A program made the translations under genes and the position numbers. A stretch of 64,000 bases of DNA from an uncultured virus (IMG/VR IMGVR_UViG_3300021197_001844) (taxonomy: Duplodnaviria > Heunggongvirae > Uroviricota > Caudoviricetes), in the IMG/VR virus record IMGVR_UViG_3300021197_001844, one strand, 5' to 3'. Positions within the stretch are counted from its first letter, which is position 1. Each line of letters begins with the position of its first letter. Of the stretch, positions 47,301 to 56,658 are shown in pieces. The notes beneath the pieces were generated by a model. It did no database searches and was not told the origin of the DNA. It saw only the letters and a program-made list of their open reading frames with translations.

Positions 47301-50300
47301 CAGTCTTCACGACCAGAGAAGAATTTTTCGTTTAATTTTATTTTATTTTTAGCCGTTTTCACATGCTTCATAACTTCATTGATATTTAAAATATCTTGTT
47401 GTTCTGGTTTACAGCCTGAAATGTCTGGTGCAAGTATTCTTGCCATGCCCATCCAGCCAAAATATTTAGGGTCGTCAATGTACCATGGAGGACTGTTATA
47501 TGTACCGCCATACCTTTTTGGGTCTAATAGCTTAAGTCTCGGGTTTGGCTTTTTCATTCTGCCTAGAATTTGTTCTTCTTCATCGTAGTCGTACTCTTCG
47601 CCATCAGGGCCTACGTATGTTGTCTCATCTTCAGTAAAATCGCTATTTAAATAACCAAAGTGGAAGCCATTTGGCACAGTTACAGTTTCATACTCTCCCT
47701 CTTTTGCTTTACCTTTGTCGTCAATTTTTTGGACCTCTACCGGCTCTATTTGGCCATCTCTAGGGACAGTGTCCAGACATATGTCTCTGAAGATGCCCAA
47801 GCACTTAGTCACAAAGTTATCATAAACGTCTTTACTCATAGCAATGTTGGTATTGGGCAGGTACTTGTTTAAGATATTGCCTAAAACGTATTCTAAAGCT
47901 TGATGTCTGTATGTTTTGTCTTTGTTAGTATATTCTACTACAAAATCAGACAAGTATTCTTCAATTCTTGAGCTTACTGGTTGGTTAATAACCATTCTGT
48001 ATCTTTGGTTTCTACCGGTCTTCATATCACCAGTAATTAAAAACGGCTCCAGCTTATCAACAACTCTTATGGTATAGTTAAAATTCTCTTCAATTTCAGG
48101 AAGGAGTACTTGCGAGCTATAAGAAACACTTTGTTTAAACTTGTTTTTCTTTCCAACGCCAGTTTCATCTTTGTAGCCTAGTAGTGTCACCTTTGTTATA
48201 GGAATTAAATAATCCATTGAGGCTTCAGCTTTTTCCATTTCTTCTGTGTAGACATCAAAAGTAATTGGTGGCTTTATTCCGAATGGGTTGTACTCGCTAC
48301 TAAGTTTTTTTCTATTTAATATATCTGTTGTTGAAGTTCTTGACTTAAAATTGAATGGTTTTTGCAATTCTTGAAACAAATGCAGCGAAACAGTCTTTGG
48401 GAAATAACCAATACTTGGCAAAAGAGCAAAGGGATCAAGGAAAAACCCCTCCTCTGCTTCTTCTTGTTCTTTACTGTCATAAACAAAGCGTCGAGTTAAG
48501 AAAAAGTTTCTCATAAAGCCGTGTGTCGAGAAAGGCAAACCAGCAGTATCAGTTAATATCCTACTAATAACCCCATGCCTCTTGCCATAAAGATCGGATG
48601 CAAATTTTAAACCGACAACTCGCCATGCCCTATCTAGGGCAGCATTAGAAAGCGACACTATTTCCTGCGGTTCATCTATCATACCATTAATTCTGGAACG
48701 TCCTTCATCATCGCAGCCCGGAGGCGTATCAGGATCTCCAAATGCATCCTTTCCGCCAACCGGCCTAAGCATTTGCATAATTGAATCTTCAATATTTCCC
48801 GGCTGGTCTATTATTGATATAAGTGTGTCTTCTGCTCTTTTATTATATTTGTCAACTTGATCCGAAGCATCCTCAGGAGATAAACCTCTATTTTCTAAGT
48901 TGGTTTGTCTTAAATTATTCCACTGATCATATTCTGCGTCTGTCAAGCAAATAGTATCAAAGAGAGGGGTATCACCTAATGGGTTTTCGCCAATCGCCTG
49001 ACTAATTTGTTCCTGTTGGGAGTTCGGTATTAGGTTGGTAATTGCACTCATAAATTCTGCTGCTTTAGTCGGGGGGTTAAAAAATGACTCTAATTCCGGT
49101 GCCCTAATTCTAATTGCATTTGTAATTCTTTGTAGTAGTTCTGGATTTTGATTAGGTTTAAAAATAACCATCATCATTTCTTGCTTTGTAAAATTGCCAG
49201 ACATGGCTCCGGCAACCCTCATGGCAGCATCCCTAGCTTGGTCTTTGCTAGCAATACCGGTGGTTGCAAGAACTGCTGCCATTGTATCTTTTGCTTTTTC
49301 ATCATCAGCATTGCCGCCGCAAAATATGTCTCTAAATACATCCAGTAGTGGATCTTGAGCAAAGCCTCCAGAAATTGCATTTAATGCAGTTTTGCCGGTG
49401 GCCTCTAAAAGTTTACAAATTAGTTTCTCCAATTCAATAATAAATTGTACAACAATCCTAATGAGTATAGCAGTAAGTTGTTGGGTTATTGCGGATACTA
49501 TGGCATCCCTTAAAAATTTCCACGGATTCATAAAAGGGTTTTGTAAGTTACCAATAAAGTTCCAATCAATAATTGGTCTGGTCGGATCACAAAAATTTGG
49601 TTTCTTCCAATTGAAAACATTTTGCATCTTTAGGGGAGGGTCAAAGAATGATTTCTTTGGACAAGAAAAGAAATCAAATATAAAGTCAGGTATTACTGCT
49701 ATAACGGGCAGTTCTTTTATCATTTGTAAAAGACCGCTACTCGTAAATGTTTCTATTATAGTGTCAACATATGCCTTAAATATTACACCGATAATTTCGG
49801 CAGATTCTTTCCCAACAGAACCTTGCTTCGGAAAAGTTTTTTGCTGCTTTGCTTGTCTTTCGGCAACCTTTTCTTTTCTCTTTTTCATCCTTCGAGAAAG
49901 TTCAAGCATTTTATTTTCATCTTTTTGAAATTGTTCTTTAGTCTTAAGACTACCGTCTTTATTCAGAATGTTTGATAGCTTCGCAATTTTTTTAGAATCA
50001 CGGCCGTTCATTATTGTTGATAATTTTGTTTTTAATTTAGAGCCTTTGTCATGAGTGAAATTAAGAACACTATTTTCTGAACTTGGTTGGTTATTTGTTT
50101 CGTACAGATCCCTACTTAAAACCCCCGATGGCCCTACCGGTACTATGATTCCCTTGAACATATTATCAATTTTTTGTTGTACCTTTTCTTGTACTTCTAA
50201 CTGCTTGTCAACGGGCAGTATATCTGTTGCAAAATATAAAAACTGGTCTATGTTTAATTCACCGACCACTTTCATAAATATAGTTTTTATAACATCCTCT

Positions 50301-53221
50301 AATTTAAGTTTACCAAACAAACACGACATCGCCTGCTTAAGCCCTAATACCAAACCACAGAGTCCTATATCAGAAAGAAAATCCATAAATTTTTCTTGCT
50401 CATCCTTTCCATCAGTTGTAGGGTTGCTTCCGGTGATTATGTCATAAAACTTTTTCCCGAGTGTTTGATTGTAGTTGGGTATACCAGCTTTTATAGCCTC
50501 CTGTAAGTCTTTTTTGTAGGGATGACCAGCATCAAGTTCTTTTAGAGATTTAGAAAAGGTTTCTGCAAAGGCCTTTGTGCTCTCTTTATTTGTAAAATCC
50601 ATCAATGCCAATTCTAATTGTTGCTTTTTCCACGCATCTAAAGCGTCCGGATCTGTCAAAATATCAGTAGGGGGCGGCGTCGGTGCAGGATTTTGCACTA
50701 GTTCATTTGTTGTTCGCCATCCAGCTTTTGCTTCCTTATATTTTTGGATTTCTGACGGTGTTGCGTTAGGGGCCGGGGCGGCCTGTTCTGCACCAATGGC
50801 TTTGGATTGCTCTCTTGCTTGATGAGCAGCATCAAAATACTCTTTGGACGCAGCACTTTGTAAAATAGCTTGCTCTTCGTAATAACCGTTACTGCCTTTT
50901 GTGAAGCCAGCTTCCATAGATTGGTATATTTTAGCATTTGAACTAGCGGCTGTTGCTTTTGCTTCTTTTACCAAGCTTTCCAAATTTAATTTTGTTTGCT
51001 CTATAAACCTTTGTTTTTCTGCTTCATACGCTCTATTAATTGCAGCTTGCTGGTCAGTGGATGCAAACCACCTCTGTAGTCCGGGATCTATTTGCGAGGA
51101 ACCGTCCCTACACATTCTGGTTCTTAGTTCGTCTCTAAAAACATCCCATGTGCCAATAAACAAATCGTTTAAAATTTCGCCCCATGATTCAGCAGACATA
51201 AGAGGGAAATTTTCGAAAACACATTGAAGTGTTGTCTTGTCGCCCATCTCTCTACCTAAGGACATGCCCTCATTAACTATAACTTTTGGAAAAATAAATG
51301 TTTTAGACCAGTCTCCAATAGATTTCTTTTCTTTAGCCTGAAAGGACATTAATGCTTGATCCTTCTTAGCTAACAAATTCAACATTGTATAGTCTTCTCT
51401 TTTTCCGCAAGTCTTTTTGATAAACTTTTTAAGCCCTTTGACTTTTTTATAAATAATATTTAAGTCAGAAGGTTCACCGTCACCAGTATCCTCTGGGTAT
51501 TTTTTTATTAAGCCTTCGTCTTTTTTGTTTTTGCTTATTGGGCTTACTATATTCTCTTCAGTCAATTTGACTTCTGGGCATGCTTCGATTGTAACGAACA
51601 CATCTTTTATTTGAAACGCCTGTTGGCCGTTCAACTCAATCGCTTTTAAATCTATTCTTACGTTATTTACTTGTTTATGGTAAAAGTAATTAAAAAATGT
51701 TAAAGGATTGCCCTTCTGATAGGAGAATGCCAGTTTATTTCTATTTAACAATTTTTCTAACTGATCTTTGAAGTTTTTTAAGCTGCCTTTGACCGGTTTA
51801 AAATCAAGCATATCAAAGCTTGTAGCGCCCTCTTCATCAAACTGAATAGACCCACCGTCTTTAATTCTAAAAATATCATATTCATAACCCATCAAAGTCA
51901 AGCCAGTTGACAGCCTAGTATATTCAACTCTCCAGTTTTCATTATCAATTGTTATAGTTTGATCAGAGGGATCTTCATCCTCTTCGCCATCTTTCTCAGC
52001 ATCTGGTAGCATGTCAACATTAAAGGCTGGAATTCTTACTGTGTATCTCAATATATTAGAATCTGGTAATAAATAAACCCCATCATCTGGGACATATGCA
52101 TGCCATTCCATAGCATACTCGTTTATTGTACCATATGTTGCCCTTAACCTCATTAGTGAATTTTTAATGTCGGCACCTAGGAACCCCGTGATATAGTTAT
52201 CAAAATCACTAAGTGCGTCTTTCTCCGCTTGGCTTGAATAAGAAATAGATAGTATGTCCCACACTTTTCCAACTACACCGGCCATAGCCACAGCGCCGTA
52301 AACTATGCCGGCTATGGGGGCGGCTGGTGTGAAGAGAGATGCACCAAATAAAGCAGTGAGAGTACCACCAGCTAACATTGAATACTTTGGAGTCTGGAGT
52401 TTATCATTTATCCACTTCTGCCCTGTTGACATCTTCATCAGATAATTATTAATATTCTCCTTATTATCCTCTACATCTTTAAAAGAGTATTGGCATCCTC
52501 CAAATGCACAAACAGTTCTATCATTATTCATTTTACCAAATTCATCTAATATGGTTCTAATACCCAGTCTTATGCGGTCCGGATCTCTAGCCCAATCAAT
52601 CAACTTGGTAAACTTGCTGTTCTTTTTACCATTTTTTGTGTCCCTATAATTACCAGACTCTAGGGCTCTAAGATTAATTTCATCCCTTGCTTTATCTGTA
52701 GCTTTCTCCCACAACTCTTGGGACTTTGGTGGTCTTTTATCTTCATCTTCAGAATACCATTTTAATAATCCAACACCTTGAATTTGGTCTGGGTTTTCTT
52801 TTAGGTATTCGGATACAGCATCGATAAAATATTCTTTTCTTAAATCGTTAAAAGTCCCCAATTTGGTGGTGTCGTTTTTCCCACCAACTAATTTATCTAA
52901 ATCTACTTCGACAACAGCTACATATTCACATTTAGTTTTGTCTAAAAAGGCCTCCTCTTCATAACTTGGACTTCTCCAATCATCCGGAGTTGCGCTTTCA
53001 TCTATTATGCAACTTGGACAAAACGGAGCAGCAACAACAAAGTCCTTTTCAGCACACTGATCTTTCTGGATTTGATCAAAGCCTATATCAGAAGGTTCGA
53101 TAACAGCTTGTTCATCAGAAGATAATTGTTGTGTGGCCTCTTCAGTATTAGAACTATTATTGCTTTCAGGCGTTTCTGGTCCGGGCGTTGTGTCTAAATT
53201 TTGATTGTTTTCTTGGGGCAT
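44375..53221 (-). CDS. Giant (2948 aa) putative virion/tail protein with hydrophobic hairpin
   Basis: Uninterrupted ORF between the spike-like and gp25-like genes; hydrophobic Gly/Ala segment near aa 285-325. Confidence 0.7.
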   Translation of the reverse strand: MPQENNQNLDTTPGPETPESNNSSNTEEATQQLSSDEQAVIEPSDIGFDQIQKDQCAEKDFVVAAPFCPSCIIDESATPDDWRSPSYEEEAFLDKTKCEYVAVVEVDLDKLVGGKNDTTKLGTFNDLRKEYFIDAVSEYLKENPDQIQGVGLLKWYSEDEDKRPPKSQELWEKATDKARDEINLRALESGNYRDTKNGKKNSKFTKLIDWARDPDRIRLGIRTILDEFGKMNNDRTVCAFGGCQYSFKDVEDNKENINNYLMKMSTGQKWINDKLQTPKYSMLAGGTLTALFGASLFTPAAPIAGIVYGAVAMAGVVGKVWDILSISYSSQAEKDALSDFDNYITGFLGADIKNSLMRLRATYGTINEYAMEWHAYVPDDGVYLLPDSNILRYTVRIPAFNVDMLPDAEKDGEEDEDPSDQTITIDNENWRVEYTRLSTGLTLMGYEYDIFRIKDGGSIQFDEEGATSFDMLDFKPVKGSLKNFKDQLEKLLNRNKLAFSYQKGNPLTFFNYFYHKQVNNVRIDLKAIELNGQQAFQIKDVFVTIEACPEVKLTEENIVSPISKNKKDEGLIKKYPEDTGDGEPSDLNIIYKKVKGLKKFIKKTCGKREDYTMLNLLAKKDQALMSFQAKEKKSIGDWSKTFIFPKVIVNEGMSLGREMGDKTTLQCVFENFPLMSAESWGEILNDLFIGTWDVFRDELRTRMCRDGSSQIDPGLQRWFASTDQQAAINRAYEAEKQRFIEQTKLNLESLVKEAKATAASSNAKIYQSMEAGFTKGSNGYYEEQAILQSAASKEYFDAAHQAREQSKAIGAEQAAPAPNATPSEIQKYKEAKAGWRTTNELVQNPAPTPPPTDILTDPDALDAWKKQQLELALMDFTNKESTKAFAETFSKSLKELDAGHPYKKDLQEAIKAGIPNYNQTLGKKFYDIITGSNPTTDGKDEQEKFMDFLSDIGLCGLVLGLKQAMSCLFGKLKLEDVIKTIFMKVVGELNIDQFLYFATDILPVDKQLEVQEKVQQKIDNMFKGIIVPVGPSGVLSRDLYETNNQPSSENSVLNFTHDKGSKLKTKLSTIMNGRDSKKIAKLSNILNKDGSLKTKEQFQKDENKMLELSRRMKKRKEKVAERQAKQQKTFPKQGSVGKESAEIIGVIFKAYVDTIIETFTSSGLLQMIKELPVIAVIPDFIFDFFSCPKKSFFDPPLKMQNVFNWKKPNFCDPTRPIIDWNFIGNLQNPFMNPWKFLRDAIVSAITQQLTAILIRIVVQFIIELEKLICKLLEATGKTALNAISGGFAQDPLLDVFRDIFCGGNADDEKAKDTMAAVLATTGIASKDQARDAAMRVAGAMSGNFTKQEMMMVIFKPNQNPELLQRITNAIRIRAPELESFFNPPTKAAEFMSAITNLIPNSQQEQISQAIGENPLGDTPLFDTICLTDAEYDQWNNLRQTNLENRGLSPEDASDQVDKYNKRAEDTLISIIDQPGNIEDSIMQMLRPVGGKDAFGDPDTPPGCDDEGRSRINGMIDEPQEIVSLSNAALDRAWRVVGLKFASDLYGKRHGVISRILTDTAGLPFSTHGFMRNFFLTRRFVYDSKEQEEAEEGFFLDPFALLPSIGYFPKTVSLHLFQELQKPFNFKSRTSTTDILNRKKLSSEYNPFGIKPPITFDVYTEEMEKAEASMDYLIPITKVTLLGYKDETGVGKKNKFKQSVSYSSQVLLPEIEENFNYTIRVVDKLEPFLITGDMKTGRNQRYRMVINQPVSSRIEEYLSDFVVEYTNKDKTYRHQALEYVLGNILNKYLPNTNIAMSKDVYDNFVTKCLGIFRDICLDTVPRDGQIEPVEVQKIDDKGKAKEGEYETVTVPNGFHFGYLNSDFTEDETTYVGPDGEEYDYDEEEQILGRMKKPNPRLKLLDPKRYGGTYNSPPWYIDDPKYFGWMGMARILAPDISGCKPEQQDILNINEVMKHVKTAKNKIKLNEKFFSGREDCFYHIPFDRLIGRESRSMIEGCIKTVIRVNIVEHLIGALPVMGFIEYNEKNYDSSFAQMIAKRVQQDLATTNVGMFPRKIEKQNYWLSFLEQAVQMYWRMWESDELEYKDANGEPTIPEHIEEIFEEIRSLQQHYNWKEGMWRNPNRFHGITSDAGLFGDRSNRRFLSPGHYYDFDKKESIDVNLVETPIYEMEGPIPITYEEYMSAADKVFSEEEALQTLYNNKNLTGGAYMDDPTASELVEGVNSETGEPLEGGWLSHSDMGYRYARYNKVQTGTERVRKQSPIYGIDGPYPATEDEFRNRRDDSTGEKLLPRNSLKEAAEYGGIYNEFLSQEEGYKYTKYRKIITGYRDERTQHDPFDFQRQYSHYCALAYQIYGDSILYSDDNVEMGDSIKFGPSKSSWQFASCMWAVRSMQDECMVILSELINFELKQIIQAFNKNFKPDIVDISRYILNTNLFIDNKLKNFGTRDYEERMALGSIGDYGEVSDVVIDSTVETSFMPSSEGSPDPAIDMVLENAAAEEFEADKIKFKIEKYIRIVEKEMKDGKKLPEPFRSRDITLKGVVNLEHFQNFINGTKEQYGEYYLSDLFGDAERMLEFDFAQVFRILVDKFIQDDRKESILGKQIYHGPISILEQNDEPDAYLRFMDEYKIELTAIQEQAFIDKALVDGEKYGSIALPLKIVNEPWFNAAYIQEVGDFSNNPTQNSEGVIQGTSNLKSTLRGTIGVKYGMRIVANLPAGSGIPAPSLETIGKAQSALEKCFYMNFVNSDGTLKTEDYEKYFSLPIATAEIDVIDHKIKDFNYEIAGGESEYPMDVDCLLRKIVESEEYKLIFEHILNPKCVTSMSTILSSISFESGIGYKDGWERVKETEDSEGEQQDSTVEFDQDIWDGKRFEDTKMLVRKIFSGFYLSDDFESPDVEIFDFAAIIQAAFGSITGWLKKQGAGISFSWRKNYQDSPFDANGEECKSEYEKLLE

Positions 53222-53231
53222 TATTGTATCC

Positions 53232-54257
53232 TTAAGTTGTATTCACAAATCTGCTGTTTATGTATGTCGAGAAAGTGGGAGTCAAATAAACTATCCTATT
53301 TACAGCCGTATTGAATGTTAATATTAAACCATCCATCCAGTTCTTCCAGCAATCTATCCAAGTTGGAAAAATAGCAAGAGCACTAGTAACAGGAGGAGTA
53401 GTTGGCCCAAATGGGACATTTGATTCGTGAACATGTGCCTGAAAAATATTAATTAAGGTCTGTATCCATCGTGTATTGTTGACAACCATATTTGAGATTG
53501 TTGATATAGCATCCATAATTAGTGTAATCACAGCTTTTAAATTATTACCTTTAGGTATTGGTTGTAGTTTTGGGCTTGTTACGTTACCAGCCGCAGAGCC
53601 AAAAATATTATAAAGTTTGCCACCCTCGTTTCCAGTGTGGTTCCCGGCAATTAAATCAATTTTACCAGAGTATTCTAGCCTACCGCCGCCGGAGTTTTTT
53701 TCACCGTAAGTGCCACCGTCTTGTAGTAACATCTTTCCTGCTACTATTTTTACGTGTTCCCTACCTATGATTCTTGTATGATCTGCCTTAATTCCCGCTG
53801 CTGATTTAAATTTAGAGGCTGAAGTCACTTCAGAGCCTTGGGCTAAACCAAAGTAAGAATCAACATTACTTTTTTCTGATAAAAATATCCTTGCTGTATC
53901 ATGAATAAAGCTAGGGTCCACTTCTCTATCAGCTACTGAGACTATCTCTCCTTTGGCTAGCTTTTTTTTAATTTTCTCTTTGTAATCGTGGCCTCCCATT
54001 CCGACTACAAGGTCAATCATACCACAACCAGTTCCTCCTTGACCTCCCATGCCATCGATACCAGTTCCGTCCCGGTCTCTTCCCATTACAATGGCGGAAT
54101 TATTATTGCCATGTTTTATGATTTCATTTCCGCCCGGCTTATACTGTGGTATAAATGGACCCTCATTTAAATGGTGGTTATACAGGCCACCAAATTCATT
54201 TGGGTCTTGGGATGCTACAATTGGGTCTCTTACCTTTGGGTCATTTGAAGTTGACAT
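53232..54257 (-). CDS. Baseplate spike-like protein (gp5 C-terminal / gpV-like)
   Basis: 'NNSAIVMGRDR', 'IKADHTRIIGR', 'QPIPKGNNL' and the tip motif 'AHVH...GPTTPP'. Confidence 0.65.
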   Translation of the reverse strand: MSTSNDPKVRDPIVASQDPNEFGGLYNHHLNEGPFIPQYKPGGNEIIKHGNNNSAIVMGRDRDGTGIDGMGGQGGTGCGMIDLVVGMGGHDYKEKIKKKLAKGEIVSVADREVDPSFIHDTARIFLSEKSNVDSYFGLAQGSEVTSASKFKSAAGIKADHTRIIGREHVKIVAGKMLLQDGGTYGEKNSGGGRLEYSGKIDLIAGNHTGNEGGKLYNIFGSAAGNVTSPKLQPIPKGNNLKAVITLIMDAISTISNMVVNNTRWIQTLINIFQAHVHESNVPFGPTTPPVTSALAIFPTWIDCWKNWMDGLILTFNTAVNRIVYLTPTFSTYINSRFVNTT

Positions 54258-54268
54258 GATGTATCTCC

Positions 54269-55489
54269 TTATTTTTTAAAATATTTTTCATATATTTTCT
54301 GTGCGTAGGTTCCTCTTTTGGGGCATTTATTTATTAATTTGCCTTCCGAGTTTCTAGCTGTGTAGGCTGCTTGGCTCCCCGCTGGTCTTTCAAATTTTGT
54401 ACATATTAGTGTACCAGCTTTTTTGGCATCACCCAATTTGTGCAAGCCAAGATTTTTAATTTTTTTACTTACAAACGCAAACTGTACTTCGTCTTTTTTA
54501 ATTTCATTTGCCCATGCTTGTTTACCAGACTCTGTTGACAAATCTATTCCAAGCTCTGTTGCTAATTGAGACCCGGCACCAGTTTTTGTGCACATCTGCA
54601 ATTGCCAGTATCCCCAAGAACAATATAATCTAGCTCCCTTCGCAAATCCATAACCCTTCACTGCTTTAGCTACAACTTTGCTATATTTTTCTGTTATTTT
54701 GTTATATTTTTCCGGATTTGGCTCGGAACCGTCTGCTGCATGCTTTTTACGTTTGTTTAGCCAATAAGATGGTGGGTCACCGCCAATTGTATTCCTAAAC
54801 GTCCCTCCTGTCTCACTAGAGGCATTAGATACCAAACCTGCTAATGATTGAGGTGTCCAGTCTTTAAAGTGAGGTGAAGCTTTTATTTTTGCGATAAAGG
54901 CTTCAAGTGTGCTATCTAGTGAATTATCAACAGTGATGTTGGTACCTCCTGTTGGCGTTCCTGAATTCCACATACCCCTAGTCGTGACCATTCGCCCACT
55001 AGATATCAGTTTATAAAAATTCTCATCTGGTGCGATAATTTTCTTTACAAAATAAGTACCACCTAGGTCTTCTATGTACAGTTTCGAACCAATAATGGGC
55101 TTTTGACCTGTTGATTCGGTAAATGCAAAAGGGTATCTAGATATCACATGGGCCATTTTTGATTCTAGAATCCCATGAGTTATAGGGGGCAAATAGGCTG
55201 TCGGGGATTCTAATCTATTGTCAAACACGTTTGTCACTATCTGTATCCTTACCTTATATCTTGATATCCCGTCACCAAGATCGACCAATTCTACTGGGTT
55301 TGTGGTAGTGTCGTACTTTCCCTTTTCAACAGATTCTTGACTCCATCCGGATAAAGCATTAGCATACCAATGGTTGGATGTGCTTGAATATAAGGCTTCT
55401 TCCAAATTATCGTTTAAGCGATTGGTATAATTTTCAAATTTATCCATGCCTAAATCAAAATATGGAGTATGATTCTTTTTGTATCCCAT
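54269..55489 (-). CDS. Tail-associated protein with C-terminal phage tail lysozyme (Phage_lysozyme2-like)
   Basis: 'AGLVSNASSET', 'SWGYWQL', 'TKFERPA' and 'RGTYAQKIY'. Confidence 0.75.
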   Translation of the reverse strand: MGYKKNHTPYFDLGMDKFENYTNRLNDNLEEALYSSTSNHWYANALSGWSQESVEKGKYDTTTNPVELVDLGDGISRYKVRIQIVTNVFDNRLESPTAYLPPITHGILESKMAHVISRYPFAFTESTGQKPIIGSKLYIEDLGGTYFVKKIIAPDENFYKLISSGRMVTTRGMWNSGTPTGGTNITVDNSLDSTLEAFIAKIKASPHFKDWTPQSLAGLVSNASSETGGTFRNTIGGDPPSYWLNKRKKHAADGSEPNPEKYNKITEKYSKVVAKAVKGYGFAKGARLYCSWGYWQLQMCTKTGAGSQLATELGIDLSTESGKQAWANEIKKDEVQFAFVSKKIKNLGLHKLGDAKKAGTLICTKFERPAGSQAAYTARNSEGKLINKCPKRGTYAQKIYEKYFKK

Positions 55490-55492
55490 CCT

Positions 55493-56650
55493 TTAAAACG
55501 CCCTATTGTTTATTGGTTCCCAGTGCCATGGCTCTTTCAGTGATTTCGTACTCATAACTGTTCCTTTTTGGCCTAACCAAGCCCATTTAATTCCAGCAAA
55601 ACCAATTTTATAAGCATTCTCAAGCAACCATTTGTGATATTTATCATACCCAAGAAAACATGCATCCCCCGTACATTCCTTATTAAGTGGCTTGCGAATA
55701 TCCACTGCTTGTCCCCAGCCGTGGTTTGATCGCCCCGGGACAGCAGTAGTACAAGGAACAAACATATCCTTGCACTTTCCCTTGCGGACTCCAGACTTTC
55801 TATTTATTATCTGCTGCCTAAAGCTTCTAATGCCCGAGGAACGCATCTTATGACCAAAGTGGGAGTGAAATGCTCTAGCCATCTCGTTAAAGCTCGCTAC
55901 GTAATCTTTTAAAACAGAGCCATCACCAGACCCCCACTTTGTCCAATATCTGGTGTCCGGCACTTGTAATAAATCAGTTGGCAAAGAGCCATTAAGTAAT
56001 TCGGCGCCCCTGTATGCTGGGACTATTCCTTTATACACCTTTTTTGCCCTCTTAAGGCCATACTTATTTTCAAGCTCTGTATCGGCCTTGCTACCACCGC
56101 CATGCAGAGATCTGGTGCTCGATCCGGGACCAGTTGGCGAAAAATGCGTCTTTGGTGCCGAAATATTATTAACAATGAAAAAACTATCACCAATTTTTCT
56201 AACTATAATTAGACTTCCGTGTGTTAATGTTTGTTCTTCAAAGTCTGACGCAATTGTGTAGGCAGAAGGGTGTATTGCAATTCTAGATTGCATTTCAGCC
56301 TCGGTAATGCCCATCTGAAAAGGGCTTTTCAGATGTGAAGTAAAGTCAATAGAATTTTCAGAATATGTTTCACTCTCGATACATCTAAATTTAATTTTTC
56401 GTCTTAAAATACCATCAGTACTAAAAGTGACAAATTCCACCTCATTCTCAACGTAGCTACTACCGGCGGCTATTGCCGCAGCATACCCACTTAATACCAC
56501 CGCTAGACACTCATCTTCGTTTGTTGAGGCCGATATCTTTTCGGATGCATCATTTAATTGAGATAATACTGCATCTCCATACGCTGCTTTATTGCTAGCT
56601 AAGAAATCATAAAAATCTGGGGTTATTATATTTTTTAAATAATTCGACAT
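55493..56650 (-). CDS. Tail-associated protein with M15 (VanY-like) zinc peptidase
   Basis: 'SGIRSFRQQ', 'AVPGRSNHGWGQAVD' and 'EPWHWE' (SxHxxGxAxD / ExxH). Confidence 0.88.
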   Translation of the reverse strand: MSNYLKNIITPDFYDFLASNKAAYGDAVLSQLNDASEKISASTNEDECLAVVLSGYAAAIAAGSSYVENEVEFVTFSTDGILRRKIKFRCIESETYSENSIDFTSHLKSPFQMGITEAEMQSRIAIHPSAYTIASDFEEQTLTHGSLIIVRKIGDSFFIVNNISAPKTHFSPTGPGSSTRSLHGGGSKADTELENKYGLKRAKKVYKGIVPAYRGAELLNGSLPTDLLQVPDTRYWTKWGSGDGSVLKDYVASFNEMARAFHSHFGHKMRSSGIRSFRQQIINRKSGVRKGKCKDMFVPCTTAVPGRSNHGWGQAVDIRKPLNKECTGDACFLGYDKYHKWLLENAYKIGFAGIKWAWLGQKGTVMSTKSLKEPWHWEPINNRAF

Positions 56651-56658
56651 ATTGTTTA

